The notes beneath the pieces were generated by a model. The model was not told the origin of the DNA, searched no databases, and saw nothing but the letters and a program-made list of their open reading frames with translations. Positions 37,062-46,426 of a stretch of 64,000 bases of DNA are shown here, in pieces. A program made the position numbers and the translations under genes. Every line of letters begins with the position of its first letter. Position 1 is the stretch's first letter. Origin of the DNA: a virus (lineage: Duplodnaviria > Caudoviricetes); the IMG/VR virus record IMGVR_UViG_3300033513_000001, positions 25,431-89,430 of that record. The stretch is one strand, 5' to 3'.

Positions 37062-37283
37062 ATGAAGCAACTTACAATTGTCACGCCGCTTGGAACTTTC
37101 GAGGGAAAGCCGCAAAGCGACACAGACATTGATGTCACTATGGGACGACGAACGACCTTTGACACCTATCTAGCGCAAGTGGGTGGCTGCACCGTCATTC
37201 CAGTTGGGATAGCGAAAGACTCTATCTTTGTCGTCAAGGATGTTGGGGAAAGCAACCTCGTTTTCGTCAAGGACGCTGAATGA
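37062..37283 (+). CDS. Hypothetical protein
   Basis: AGGAGG SD. Confidence 0.6.
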   Translation: MKQLTIVTPLGTFEGKPQSDTDIDVTMGRRTTFDTYLAQVGGCTVIPVGIAKDSIFVVKDVGESNLVFVKDAE

Positions 37284-37523
37284 CCATCCTTGAAGATATG
37301 GCAGGGATGCAATGATTTGCGGTATGCACAAGAAGGGTATCTGGTGGTTTCGCATTCTCGGAGTAGGGCTATCGGGAAAGGACACTCGCCTGCACCCGCT
37401 TCTATTCTCGGAGCGAAACGGTTATCAAAAAGGGCTGCGCTTGGGAAACTGGATGTTCCATTTCCTACCATATATGAAAGAGGGCAAGTGACCATCCTTG
37501 ACAATGATGCAGGGAGAAAAGAA

Positions 37524-37685
37524 ATGACAAAGAAAAATCTAGTCTATCTGATAGTTGGGGCCGCAATGCAGGTAGCCGTAAGTTGCTCTTTGGAGTTAGT
37601 GGGCATTCATCCTGACCCATGCCAGCAAGTATTGGCGGCAATCATCCTTGTTTCTATAGCAGTCGCAGTGAGCCTCACAAAATGA
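37524..37685 (+). CDS. Small membrane protein
   Basis: Two hydrophobic stretches; GGGAG SD. Confidence 0.5.
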   Translation: MTKKNLVYLIVGAAMQVAVSCSLELVGIHPDPCQQVLAAIILVSIAVAVSLTK

Positions 37686-37930
37686 CAATCATAGACGACA
37701 TGGAAGCCTGCGCCGCTTCCCGCTCCGTTTGGCTTGTCGAAGAAGCCAACCGAGAGCCTGATGAGCAAGACCCAGTACAGAGAGCCTTCGGCGCGGGGTT
37801 CTTTGAGGGCAACGACTACGGTTTCAATCGGGCTGTGAAGATGGCACTGGTCAGGATTGACCCGAAAGAGGTCTGTGAGATTTTTGGACTCAAGCCGATT
37901 GAGGTTGTGAAGATGAAGGCGGGATTATGA
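37682..37930 (+). CDS. Hypothetical protein
   Basis: ATGA overlap coupling. Confidence 0.55.
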   Translation: MTIIDDMEACAASRSVWLVEEANREPDEQDPVQRAFGAGFFEGNDYGFNRAVKMALVRIDPKEVCEIFGLKPIEVVKMKAGL

Positions 37931-38139
37931 GTGAAGACCCTAGAATTGCAATCTACAACAACAAGTTTGGTGTGTCCCTCGCTTTGGCAGGCTACCTTGT
38001 CTCTGGCGAGGGACTGAGCGATGTTCTGAGAGCCATCGTCGTGTCCAAGATTGAGGTTGGGCCGATTCAGGAGAGGCTTGCCAAGTTGGGCGAGGCGCTG
38101 GCGACGATTGGGAAACCGATTGAGGTGAGCAATGAATGA
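37927..38139 (+). CDS. Hypothetical protein
   Basis: ATGA overlap coupling. Confidence 0.55.
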   Translation: MSEDPRIAIYNNKFGVSLALAGYLVSGEGLSDVLRAIVVSKIEVGPIQERLAKLGEALATIGKPIEVSNE

Positions 38140-38437
38140 CCTGCCTGGATACGATAAGGCAACTGAACTAGGATACACTCTACATCACTACAGCGGTGAC
38201 AGGAAGCAAGCAAGTTACCTCAAGGACGGAGTAACTCTGACTGTAAGAAGGACGCCTACAAGTGTGTATGGATACGATGAACTGAAAGCTGAATTGTGGG
38301 CAGTGCTTGGTCTTGTTGAACTTCGCGTTTCTGATTTCCAGTTCCCTCACCCGCGATTCGAGATGCTTGAGAAACAGATTAGAACTGTTCTGAACGTATG
38401 CAATGCTGAATCTGAGGCAGAGCGCAATGCCGCCTGA
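38132..38437 (+). CDS. Hypothetical protein
   Basis: GAGGTG SD; overlap. Confidence 0.55.
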   Translation: MNDLPGYDKATELGYTLHHYSGDRKQASYLKDGVTLTVRRTPTSVYGYDELKAELWAVLGLVELRVSDFQFPHPRFEMLEKQIRTVLNVCNAESEAERNAA

Positions 38438-38603
38438 GATTTGGGCCTACTGCCAATGCGTTGGGGAGCGCCACTCGGATTGGGCTGTCAAAGGCGCTCA
38501 GAACTTTGGCGGCGTTCTGATGACGGTGATTGAGTGCGAACGCTGTCACAAGTTGAAAAGAGTCAAGAAAGAGAATGGAGCGAAAAACGATGCAAGCAAG
38601 TAA
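38427..38603 (+). CDS. Small Cys-containing hypothetical protein
   Basis: YCQC...CERC; overlap coupling. Confidence 0.45.
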   Translation: MPPEIWAYCQCVGERHSDWAVKGAQNFGGVLMTVIECERCHKLKRVKKENGAKNDASK

Positions 38604-39339
38604 AGCCCAAACCATCATCGCCTATATCACGGCTGGACTCGTTGTGTTCCTGACGGCCTCAGCTTTCATCCTGAGCTACGAGAGCCTTAGACTCTTGGCG
38701 CAACAGAATGGGATTGAGGGATGGCTCTCGTTCTTGTGGCCTCTGACGTTGGACGCCGTGATGATCGCTGTCAGCATGAGCATCCTGTACCGTAGCCTGA
38801 CAGGTCAGGGCAGTTGGTATCAATGGTTCTTAGTTGGGTTCTTTACCGTAGCCAGTGTATCCTACAATGCCATTCATGCGCCTAGCACTTGGCTGGCAAG
38901 AAGCGTGTATGCTCTCCCGCCGTCTGTGGTGTTCATCGCGTTTGAGCTTTTGGCCTCACAAGTAAAGTTCTCGGTCAAGAGGCGCGGTACGATTGAGAGT
39001 CTTGGGGCAATCCAAGAGGCCAAGACTAGGGCGCAGGCCGAACTTGATGTACTGGAAAAGAAGGCCGACGAACTGGAAAGGCGCAATCAGGAACTTGAGT
39101 CTAAAGCGATTCTGCCAGAGCCGCCGTTGAAACTTGCCGAGCCAAGACCTGACAAGCAAGCAAAACAAGACATACTCTTGGCTACTCTAAAAGAGAATCC
39201 AGAAACCAGAGTCAAGGACTTGGCGGCGATTCTGGACGTTAGCCGACAGACCGTGTACAGTTACTTGGCAGACTTGGAAGCGGCGGGCAAGTTGCGAAGG
39301 AATGGGCATAACACAGTCGTTGAGAAGGAGAAAGCATGA
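38590..39339 (+). CDS. DUF2637-like membrane protein with coiled coil and C-terminal HTH
   Basis: AFILSYESL...LWPLTLDA TM bundle; VKDLAAILDVSRQTVYSYL HTH. Confidence 0.7.
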   Translation: MQASKAQTIIAYITAGLVVFLTASAFILSYESLRLLAQQNGIEGWLSFLWPLTLDAVMIAVSMSILYRSLTGQGSWYQWFLVGFFTVASVSYNAIHAPSTWLARSVYALPPSVVFIAFELLASQVKFSVKRRGTIESLGAIQEAKTRAQAELDVLEKKADELERRNQELESKAILPEPPLKLAEPRPDKQAKQDILLATLKENPETRVKDLAAILDVSRQTVYSYLADLEAAGKLRRNGHNTVVEKEKA

Positions 39340-39470
39340 AAACGCTCAAGATTGGCGGCATCACCATCACGGCAGAAAACATCAAGACTGGTAAAATCTA
39401 CAGGGGCGATGAGAATGTGGTCAATGGCAGAGTAATTCGCAAGAGGAAATCAAGGAAAAAGAAATCGTGA
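39336..39470 (+). CDS. Small basic hypothetical protein
   Basis: AAGGAG SD; overlaps both neighbours. Confidence 0.4.
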   Translation: MKTLKIGGITITAENIKTGKIYRGDENVVNGRVIRKRKSRKKKS

Positions 39471-39874
39471 GTGCGATTGCTCAAAAACTGTTCGCGTTCT
39501 TTATTAGTAGTAGCACAGCCGAAGGCGTTGTAGCACTTCGCAAACTGACTGAACTTGGCGTCTCTCTTGACGATGTGGCCGAGAGTATAGGCGCTGGCAA
39601 GTTTCGCACCAAGTACGGCAACATTGAATTTTCTCTAGCACAAGTAGAGCATGAACAACGGAGAGTTGGAGCAGAACAAGAATGGCAAAAGAGCCAGTGC
39701 CGCGCAGAGGAAGCAAGACTGGCCGAAGTAGAACGCCTCAAGCACGAGAGGCAGGAACAGTATCAGCGGGAGTACGCTGAATTTGAGGCGCGAACGAAGG
39801 CGTACAATCCACTAGCACGCGCTACCGTTGACTGGATTGAGGGCTTTTTCGTCGGATTGTGGGGGGAGCCGTGA
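39467..39874 (+). CDS. Hypothetical protein
   Basis: GTGA overlap; coiled coil. Confidence 0.55.
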   Translation: MSAIAQKLFAFFISSSTAEGVVALRKLTELGVSLDDVAESIGAGKFRTKYGNIEFSLAQVEHEQRRVGAEQEWQKSQCRAEEARLAEVERLKHERQEQYQREYAEFEARTKAYNPLARATVDWIEGFFVGLWGEP

Positions 39875-39888
39875 AGTGACACCCTCCC

Positions 39889-39932
39889 ATGACGTTTGTC
39901 ACTTGTCAGGCGGGGCGGAACGGTAGTAGAAT
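39889..39932 (+). promoter_or_regulatory. Operator ATGACGTTTGTCAC plus promoter
   Basis: Operator abuts TTGTCA-N18-TAGAAT. Confidence 0.65.
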
Positions 39933-39982
39933 GTAAGGGAAAGGAGAATCAAGGTGTATTATGACTAAGGGGGGGGCAAGGC

Positions 39983-40270
39983 ATGAAGAAGTTGAAAGTC
40001 GGTGACAAAGCACGCCTATCAAATGTTGACAAGAAACTTGAGGGTCATCCGTGCAAGGTTCTATCCGTGAACACGGGAATGGAAAGAAAGCACATCTATG
40101 CCGAGGTTTTCTTTCTTGAAAAAGGAAAGGCGAGTCAAGAAAGACGCCTCTTTGACCCCGAAAGCGTGGTGAAGGAAACGAACTCTGGCGTTCTGGCCCT
40201 GTGGAAAGAACTGGAAACCGCGCAGGAGAAACTCGCAAAGATTGAAAAGGTGTTTGACCATGAAACTTAG
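39983..40270 (+). CDS. Hypothetical protein
   Basis: G-rich SD; first ORF after promoter. Confidence 0.6.
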   Translation: MKKLKVGDKARLSNVDKKLEGHPCKVLSVNTGMERKHIYAEVFFLEKGKASQERRLFDPESVVKETNSGVLALWKELETAQEKLAKIEKVFDHET

Positions 40271-40427
40271 TGCAGTTTGTATAACTTCGGCATATATCTT
40301 TCTTCTCTCTGGAGTAGCTTTTAACATTCTTTACTCAATTGATGGCGGCGACCCGTCAACGTTCTATGCGGTGTGCGCCGTTGCGATGGCTGCCCTTGCT
40401 ATCTACCACAGAAAGACGAACGGATGA
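40260..40427 (+). CDS. Small membrane protein
   Basis: Two TM-like segments. Confidence 0.5.
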   Translation: MKLSAVCITSAYIFLLSGVAFNILYSIDGGDPSTFYAVCAVAMAALAIYHRKTNG

Positions 40428-40663
40428 TTGACCTATCTCGTTTTGAAGACCAAGTGTACCTGAAGGTCGGGGCAAGCGTTACCCTGTATGACCCTATCAA
40501 GTTTGGCAACAAGCAAGTTGCCGCAAAGGTCGTGTGGTATGAACCTGGCAACGAGTTTATGAAAGTCAGACTTGGAAATGGCGCGAAGTGCTACGTCAAT
40601 CTTGAGTATGTCATCTTGGAGCATCGGAAACTTCCAGACCTCATCTTGGAGCGGATTCTGTGA
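40424..40663 (+). CDS. Hypothetical protein
   Basis: ATGA overlap coupling. Confidence 0.55.
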   Translation: MIDLSRFEDQVYLKVGASVTLYDPIKFGNKQVAAKVVWYEPGNEFMKVRLGNGAKCYVNLEYVILEHRKLPDLILERIL

Positions 40664-43600
40664 TTGACCATTTTGACCTCGCCGCCTTCCAATCCGCCTT
40701 GCCCAAATCCGCCGAGTCCCTCGAACTGGTGGATGGCGAGTTTGCCTTCCGCGTTCCCGCTGGCGCAGCCTTCATTGAAGTGCGCTCAAGCATCGGAGCG
40801 AACGGAAAATCAGCCGACACGGGCGAGGATTCCATTCGCGCTTGGCTGGTCAACGCCGACGGCGACCCGTTGGGCGCGAAACTGTCCAAGTACATCACCA
40901 GAGTTTCGGGATGGCAAAACAGGCTCATGGACACGCTGGAAGAACTTTACTCCCGCGCCTTCCGAGCGGGACGCTGCGAGAGATGCGGTAGCCCGAAGTC
41001 AATCTTTGTGTCAAAGACCCACAAAAACCCGAATCGCCTGTTTGCCAAGTGTTACCCTTGCGATGACGGGTTTGTGTGGCTGGACAGCCAGCCGCTACCC
41101 ATGTTCTCTCTATACTCAGAAGCCAATAACAAAGCCGAAGCAAGCAAAAATGGAGAAGGGACTGAGGTTGAGTTGTTGGCTTCTGAGTCAGGGAGAGAGA
41201 AAGGAAAAAACGATGGCGACTTTGACGCCACCAGTGTATGCTTACCAGATCAAGAAGGGGCACAAGTATCACCTAGCAAGAGCGGGCCAAGAAGGAGAAG
41301 CCTCTTCGGGAATGGCAGTGTGCAACTTCATCATCTGGGAGGGGGCGCTGAGAGCAAAAGTGTCAGAGTTGAAACCAGAGGACATTTGCAAGAAATGTCT
41401 GGGAGCAATGAAAGCAACATAGGAGAGAAAAATGGCGACTTTGATACCGCCGACAGTGGCGTACAGAAACTTGATGGGCCTGGGCAAGCAGTGGCATCTC
41501 CTGAAACGTCCCGACGAGTTGCCGCTGACCCCATACCGAAGCGGGATGACAGTGTGCCTGCAAGTGATGTGGCCCGAAGCGCAGATGACAGCAGTGTCCC
41601 GCTTGGAGTCAAGCGAGGTCTGCCGGGCGTGTCTGGGGGCGCTGATGATAAGGTGAGTTACCTCAAATTTGGAAAGAGAGGCTATGCTAGTCTACCGAAA
41701 CAAGCAGACCGACAAGAAAGCGAAGTGGCACATTCTGGACACATCGCTACGGGGGGTTCGCCTGACGCTGTGCGGGAAGCCGCTTTACCCAACGGCAGAA
41801 ACGGCAGACTTGGAAACGGTGAAGGTGTGCCACTGGTGCAGGGTTTCAAGTTCGGGCAACGGGCGAACTTTGAAGTAATAGAAGAACCAGAAGACATCAC
41901 TGTTGTTGCCCAACCCGTCCAATTCACCGAGCGCAAGCCCAACGCTGAGCAGCAAGCCGTGATTGACCTGCCCGTGAACTGCGCGGCTAGGGTCTTGGCA
42001 GGGCCGGGCAGCGGTAAGACTTTCCTGATTGAGCATCGCATCAGGAAACTGATTGACTCTGGTGTCAATCCCGCCAAGATTCTCGTCGTAACCCTGACCA
42101 ACACGATGGCAACCGCAATGGGTCAGAGAATCGTCAAGCTCAATCCGAGCATGGAGGCCCGCGCCGACCACATTTGCACGATTCACGCGGCCTGCAATCG
42201 GATACTCAAAGAGGAAATTGGGCCGCGCCAAGTTGCAAAGTCTTGGCAGGTCAGGAAGTGTCTTGAACAACTGGCGAAGGAACTATGGTCCGAAGACCAG
42301 AGGCCGGGCTACGCCGAGATTGACGCTTGGATTCAACTGGCGAAGCGGAATGGGCTATCTAGCGGCGAGGACTTGGTGTTTTTCAATGAGAGACTAGGCA
42401 GTTTTCACGGCGACAGGCTACACCAAGCCAGAATCGGGCTTGACACATTCTTGCAAGCCCAGAGGATGACGACCTTTGCCGATATGCTTTTTGAGGTTGA
42501 CTTGCGGTTGGCGCATGACGCGGCTTTCAGGGCTAGGCAACAGTCTAAATTCTCTCACGTCATCATAGACGAAGGGCAAGATACGGGCGGCCAAGCCATG
42601 CGTATCCTGACGACCATCGCGCAACCAGAAAACAACCTGCTGATTGTGGCCGACACAGATCAAACCCTCTTTAGGTTCACAGGCGCTACACCAGAAACCA
42701 ATGTCTATGACGGGTTCACCGAGCGTTACCCCAACGGCGAAACCCGCAAACTCGTCACCAACTACCGAAGCACAGTTGAAGTGGTGGAGGCCCAGAAGCG
42801 CCTCATCGCCCACAACTATTCTGACAAGGGCGGCATTTACCACCAAAGCTACTTCAAGCAACTCTGTGCCAGAGTTGGCGCAGAACAGGGCAAGGCCATC
42901 TCGTTCACAATGTACGCAACCGCCGATGAGGAAGCCCGAAGCATCGTCAACCAGATTCTTGGCGACCGCGACAAGCCAGAGGATGTCTTTATCATCACCC
43001 GCACACGGGCGCAGGCGGCATGGTTTGAGGGGCCGCTGAGTCGGGCCAACATTCCCTACCTGAACCTGAACGGCGGTTCGTTCTGGTCACTGCGCCACGT
43101 CAGGAACATCGTCAACTACGTCAGGCTGGCGAGCCATTACGACTGTGATGAGGCGTTCAAGGATGTCTACAACATCGCCACAAACGACTTTCGTGTTCCG
43201 TGGGTAGACGAGCCTTACTGCAATCACCGCTACTTGGGCAACGCTTTTGTGGAAGCCTGCGGCGGGTCGTGGAAGGGCATCGGCAAGGCGATTTACCAGA
43301 GACGGTCTTGGGGCATTGGTGCAGAGGACTTGCAGAGTTTTATCTATGACATCCATCTCATTCTCATAGAGAATGGGCTAGTCGTGGCCCTGCAATACGT
43401 CATTGACAAGTGCTATCGCAAGTGGCTTATGCACGACGAGGGGCTGGTGGACGAGGACAACGCCGAGGGCGGAAAGTTCGAGGACTTGGGGACGCTCTTG
43501 GGCATTGCGGGTGAATACCAAGATCCTGACAAGTTCTTTGCCTTCGTGGACGGGATGCAGAAGGCAGACAAAGCCAAGAACGACAAGGACTGGTCGGGCA

Positions 43601-43920
43601 AACTCGTTATCTTTACAGCGCACAAGAGCAAGGGGCTGGAGCGCCCAACAGTCTACGCGCCGGGCTGGTGCGAGGGCAAGACCAAGACGGGTCAACCGTT
43701 CGGGCTTCTGCCGCACACCTTCAGCCTGACACAACCGCCTCAATTGGGCATCCTGCCGATGAATGGTCAGGGGCGCATTGAGGACGAGCTTGACATCGCC
43801 TTCGTGATGGTCAGTCGGGCGATGAGCAAGGTTGTTTTGAGCGGCTACCAAGTTGACAAGCGCGGCGCGATGGAGCCAAGCAGGTTTGTCAAATATATCA
43901 TGGAAAGGAACATACAATGA
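40660..43920 (+). CDS. UvrD/Rep-family SF1 helicase with N-terminal GRF-like Zn finger and long disordered linker
   Basis: NAEQQAV, AGPGSGKT, IIDEGQD, VADTDQ, NYRST, FTAHKSKGLE, VMVSRA; CERCG..S.T..NPNRLFAKC..C...FVWLD. Confidence 0.9.
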   Translation: MIDHFDLAAFQSALPKSAESLELVDGEFAFRVPAGAAFIEVRSSIGANGKSADTGEDSIRAWLVNADGDPLGAKLSKYITRVSGWQNRLMDTLEELYSRAFRAGRCERCGSPKSIFVSKTHKNPNRLFAKCYPCDDGFVWLDSQPLPMFSLYSEANNKAEASKNGEGTEVELLASESGREKGKNDGDFDATSVCLPDQEGAQVSPSKSGPRRRSLFGNGSVQLHHLGGGAESKSVRVETRGHLQEMSGSNESNIGEKNGDFDTADSGVQKLDGPGQAVASPETSRRVAADPIPKRDDSVPASDVARSADDSSVPLGVKRGLPGVSGGADDKVSYLKFGKRGYASLPKQADRQESEVAHSGHIATGGSPDAVREAALPNGRNGRLGNGEGVPLVQGFKFGQRANFEVIEEPEDITVVAQPVQFTERKPNAEQQAVIDLPVNCAARVLAGPGSGKTFLIEHRIRKLIDSGVNPAKILVVTLTNTMATAMGQRIVKLNPSMEARADHICTIHAACNRILKEEIGPRQVAKSWQVRKCLEQLAKELWSEDQRPGYAEIDAWIQLAKRNGLSSGEDLVFFNERLGSFHGDRLHQARIGLDTFLQAQRMTTFADMLFEVDLRLAHDAAFRARQQSKFSHVIIDEGQDTGGQAMRILTTIAQPENNLLIVADTDQTLFRFTGATPETNVYDGFTERYPNGETRKLVTNYRSTVEVVEAQKRLIAHNYSDKGGIYHQSYFKQLCARVGAEQGKAISFTMYATADEEARSIVNQILGDRDKPEDVFIITRTRAQAAWFEGPLSRANIPYLNLNGGSFWSLRHVRNIVNYVRLASHYDCDEAFKDVYNIATNDFRVPWVDEPYCNHRYLGNAFVEACGGSWKGIGKAIYQRRSWGIGAEDLQSFIYDIHLILIENGLVVALQYVIDKCYRKWLMHDEGLVDEDNAEGGKFEDLGTLLGIAGEYQDPDKFFAFVDGMQKADKAKNDKDWSGKLVIFTAHKSKGLERPTVYAPGWCEGKTKTGQPFGLLPHTFSLTQPPQLGILPMNGQGRIEDELDIAFVMVSRAMSKVVLSGYQVDKRGAMEPSRFVKYIMERNIQ
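41213..41422 (+). CDS. Nested mini-protein 1 (H/C/CxxC), alternative frame inside helicase ORF
   Basis: AAAGGA SD; MATLTPPVYAY...KYHL...VC...ICKKCLGAMK. Confidence 0.65.
   Translation: MATLTPPVYAYQIKKGHKYHLARAGQEGEASSGMAVCNFIIWEGALRAKVSELKPEDICKKCLGAMKAT
41432..41656 (+). CDS. Nested mini-protein 2, paralogue of mini-protein 1
   Basis: AGGAG SD; MATLIPPTVAY...QWHL...VC...VCRACLGALM. Confidence 0.7.
   Translation: MATLIPPTVAYRNLMGLGKQWHLLKRPDELPLTPYRSGMTVCLQVMWPEAQMTAVSRLESSEVCRACLGALMIR
41684..41878 (+). CDS. Nested mini-protein 3, paralogue
   Basis: GAGAGG SD; VYRN...KWHIL...LC...VCHWC. Confidence 0.6.
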   Translation: MLVYRNKQTDKKAKWHILDTSLRGVRLTLCGKPLYPTAETADLETVKVCHWCRVSSSGNGRTLK

Positions 43921-44576
43921 CCTTTTTTGAACATCTTGAGTCCAACGGTTTCTTCACGTCAACTTGGCTAGAACAGCGCGAGGATGGCGCGTGGGGCTTG
44001 TGGCCTGACTACGAGGGCAATCGCGGGTATCAAGACGAGGAGGAGAAATTTGTCCTGTGGCTTGGCGACGACAACAACTTGCGCGAAGTCGCCAAACTGT
44101 GCGCGCTGGTTGGGGTCACGAGGGCAAGCATCCAGTACAAGCATTTGGTGATTGAGCCAAATGACGGCGGACATACCAGCGTCCAGATTCGCTATGCCGA
44201 CAAGCCTGCCCAAGTTGAAAAAGAGGGTTTCAGGTTCTTGGGGCTGCGTTGCGGGACTGACTGCGGCAAGTATGCTGTCATCTGGTACATGGGCAGCCTC
44301 ATGGGAATGCTGGCAGCCAGTTACGGGAAGTTTGACGAGTGGCAGAAGGAGCACAAACGCAAACGATGTTCCCACTTCGCCGTTCCTGGCGATAATGACT
44401 ATGACTCAAAGCCAGAACACTACAGCCTTGACCCGTTTGAGTGGAAGTTTGAGGGCGCGACAGAGGATGAGGATGTGGTCACAATAGAATGTCATCACGA
44501 GTCTGCCAAAGAGAACAGCTACGTGTGTCCCGCCTGCGGTCAGTTGATTGGCGACCCACCTGTGCGGGACGAGTGA
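43917..44576 (+). CDS. Hypothetical protein
   Basis: ATGA overlap; C-terminal CPAC. Confidence 0.6.
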   Translation: MTFFEHLESNGFFTSTWLEQREDGAWGLWPDYEGNRGYQDEEEKFVLWLGDDNNLREVAKLCALVGVTRASIQYKHLVIEPNDGGHTSVQIRYADKPAQVEKEGFRFLGLRCGTDCGKYAVIWYMGSLMGMLAASYGKFDEWQKEHKRKRCSHFAVPGDNDYDSKPEHYSLDPFEWKFEGATEDEDVVTIECHHESAKENSYVCPACGQLIGDPPVRDE

Positions 44577-44626
44577 TGACTCACTTCCTAATCATCGTCC
44601 TTCTCTCTGGCTTCGCCTCCCCATAA
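44576..44626 (+). pseudogene. Truncated 5' remnant of the gene at 45580
   Basis: MTHFLIIVLLSGFASP* versus MSHFLIVVLLSGFASQ at 45580. Confidence 0.7.
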
Positions 44627-44636
44627 TGGTAACAAC

Positions 44637-45575
44637 GTGAAAGTGACTTTAGAGGAACTTAGACGGCGACAGTCATTGCCGCTTGATGAAAAGATTGGCA
44701 TGACCGAGCACGTCATTGAGGAGTGGTGGAAGCATTGGCGGGGTCAAGTCTACCTTTCTTTCAGCGGCGGTAAGGATTCTAGCGTTCTGGCGCATATTCT
44801 TGACAACTCTCTCATCGGGGGTGTCCCGAAGGTCTTTAGCGACACTGGATTGGAGTATCCAGAAGTCAAGGAGCACGTCAAGTCACTGACTAGTGTGGTT
44901 ATTATTCATCCCAAACTAACCTATCGCCAAGTCATTGACAAATATGGCTACGCCGTTGTGAGCAAATCCGTCTCAAGGTTCGTATGGGATGTTCGTAGAG
45001 CGTCGGACAAAAACAAGAATGTTGTCAACCTGAGACTGACAGGATACAATCGGAAGGGCGACTATATCCCAACCATGCGAATACCTAAGAAGTGGATGAA
45101 ACTCATTGATGCGCCATTCATGGTCAGTGACAGGTGTTGCCAGATTCTAAAGAAAAGCCCGATGATGACCTATCAGCGAGAGACAGGCAGATACCCTTAC
45201 ACGGGGATGATGGCTAGTGACTCTATGCTCAGGGAGCGGAGCTATTTGATGTACGGGTGCAGCCTATACGATGCAAAGAGTCCTGTGTGCAACCCGATGT
45301 CGTTCTGGACTGACCAAGATGTTCTAGAGTACATTGTCAGATTTGGGGTAAAAATTCCATCGGTCTATGGCGAGATTGTCAAAAATGGTAATGGGAGTTG
45401 GACAACAACAGGAGTCAAGAGAACAGGTTGTGTCTGGTGTCTGTTCGGTGTCCATCTTGAGAAGGGCAAGAACAGATTTCAGATGCTAAAGGAAACCCAC
45501 CCGACAATCTACAACTACTGCATCAACAAATTAGGGATTGGGGAGGTCTTGGACTTCATAGAGGTTGAATACTAG
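44637..45575 (+). CDS. PAPS reductase-family (PP-loop) protein
   Basis: YLSFSGGKDS, FSDTGLEYPE, DRCCQILKK, RTGCVWC. Confidence 0.85.
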   Translation: MKVTLEELRRRQSLPLDEKIGMTEHVIEEWWKHWRGQVYLSFSGGKDSSVLAHILDNSLIGGVPKVFSDTGLEYPEVKEHVKSLTSVVIIHPKLTYRQVIDKYGYAVVSKSVSRFVWDVRRASDKNKNVVNLRLTGYNRKGDYIPTMRIPKKWMKLIDAPFMVSDRCCQILKKSPMMTYQRETGRYPYTGMMASDSMLRERSYLMYGCSLYDAKSPVCNPMSFWTDQDVLEYIVRFGVKIPSVYGEIVKNGNGSWTTTGVKRTGCVWCLFGVHLEKGKNRFQMLKETHPTIYNYCINKLGIGEVLDFIEVEY

Positions 45576-45579
45576 AACG

Positions 45580-45954
45580 ATGTCACACTTTCTTATTGTC
45601 GTTCTCTTGTCAGGTTTCGCCTCCCAATACAGCCGCTCCACCTTTGAGCGCGTCATCGCCAACAGGCAGAAGTGGGGGCAACTCGTTGACGCGCCAAAGA
45701 CCGACGGCTACGTGGCGGTTGAGGATTGCCGAAGGGTAGGCGAGGTTCTCTACCTGCGACCTGTGGGCGGCGAGTGGGAGCGATTCTTGATTGCGGATTG
45801 CGCGGGAGGTGAGGCAACGAGACAGTGGATGAGGCGCAACAGAATCGTCGTCGAGGTTGATACCGAGACGGCGAAACGGTGGGGATTCCCAGAGATGAGG
45901 GGGATTCCTGTGGAAGCCGGAAAGAGGATAGTTGAAAAATGGAGGGCAGAATGA
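45580..45954 (+). CDS. Secreted protein, possible RlpA/double-psi-barrel-like
   Basis: Hydrophobic N-terminus; VAVEDC...IADC...EVD pattern. Confidence 0.5.
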   Translation: MSHFLIVVLLSGFASQYSRSTFERVIANRQKWGQLVDAPKTDGYVAVEDCRRVGEVLYLRPVGGEWERFLIADCAGGEATRQWMRRNRIVVEVDTETAKRWGFPEMRGIPVEAGKRIVEKWRAE

Positions 45955-46262
45955 CAGAGTTTGACCAGAACGGCTTTGGCATTGCGCGTGGCGATGCTGC
46001 GATAGGCGACTTTCACAAGGTTGCTGTGACCAACCCGATTGTTCATCGGCTTTACACCCTGTTTCGGCTCAGGGAGATGGACTACACCACTATGCTCATC
46101 AATTGCGTGGTGTACCTCGCCAAGCAGAATGAGGAACTGAGCAAGAGCCTTGCTGATGCGATTGCCAATAGGCCAACACCGACCATCATTGTAACTGACG
46201 AAGAACATTGCGTGACTCTCAAACAGAAGGTGGAACAATGGCAAAAAGACTTGTTCAATTGA
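45951..46262 (+). CDS. Hypothetical protein
   Basis: GGAGG SD. Confidence 0.55.
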   Translation: MTEFDQNGFGIARGDAAIGDFHKVAVTNPIVHRLYTLFRLREMDYTTMLINCVVYLAKQNEELSKSLADAIANRPTPTIIVTDEEHCVTLKQKVEQWQKDLFN

Positions 46263-46426
46263 CATCGGCCCAACTTGACCGACTGGCGCAACAGGCCAAC
46301 GAAAGGGCCAACGAGGAAGCTAGGCGCTCGATGAAGATGCTCAGTACGGTTCTGTGGCTGGTGCTTCTTGCCTGTTGCGGGGCAAGCGCGGCTGTGGCGG
46401 TGGTGGTGATGAGGGTGGTTCAATGA
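46238..46426 (+). CDS. Small membrane protein
   Basis: C-terminal TM. Confidence 0.5.
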   Translation: MAKRLVQLTSAQLDRLAQQANERANEEARRSMKMLSTVLWLVLLACCGASAAVAVVVMRVVQ

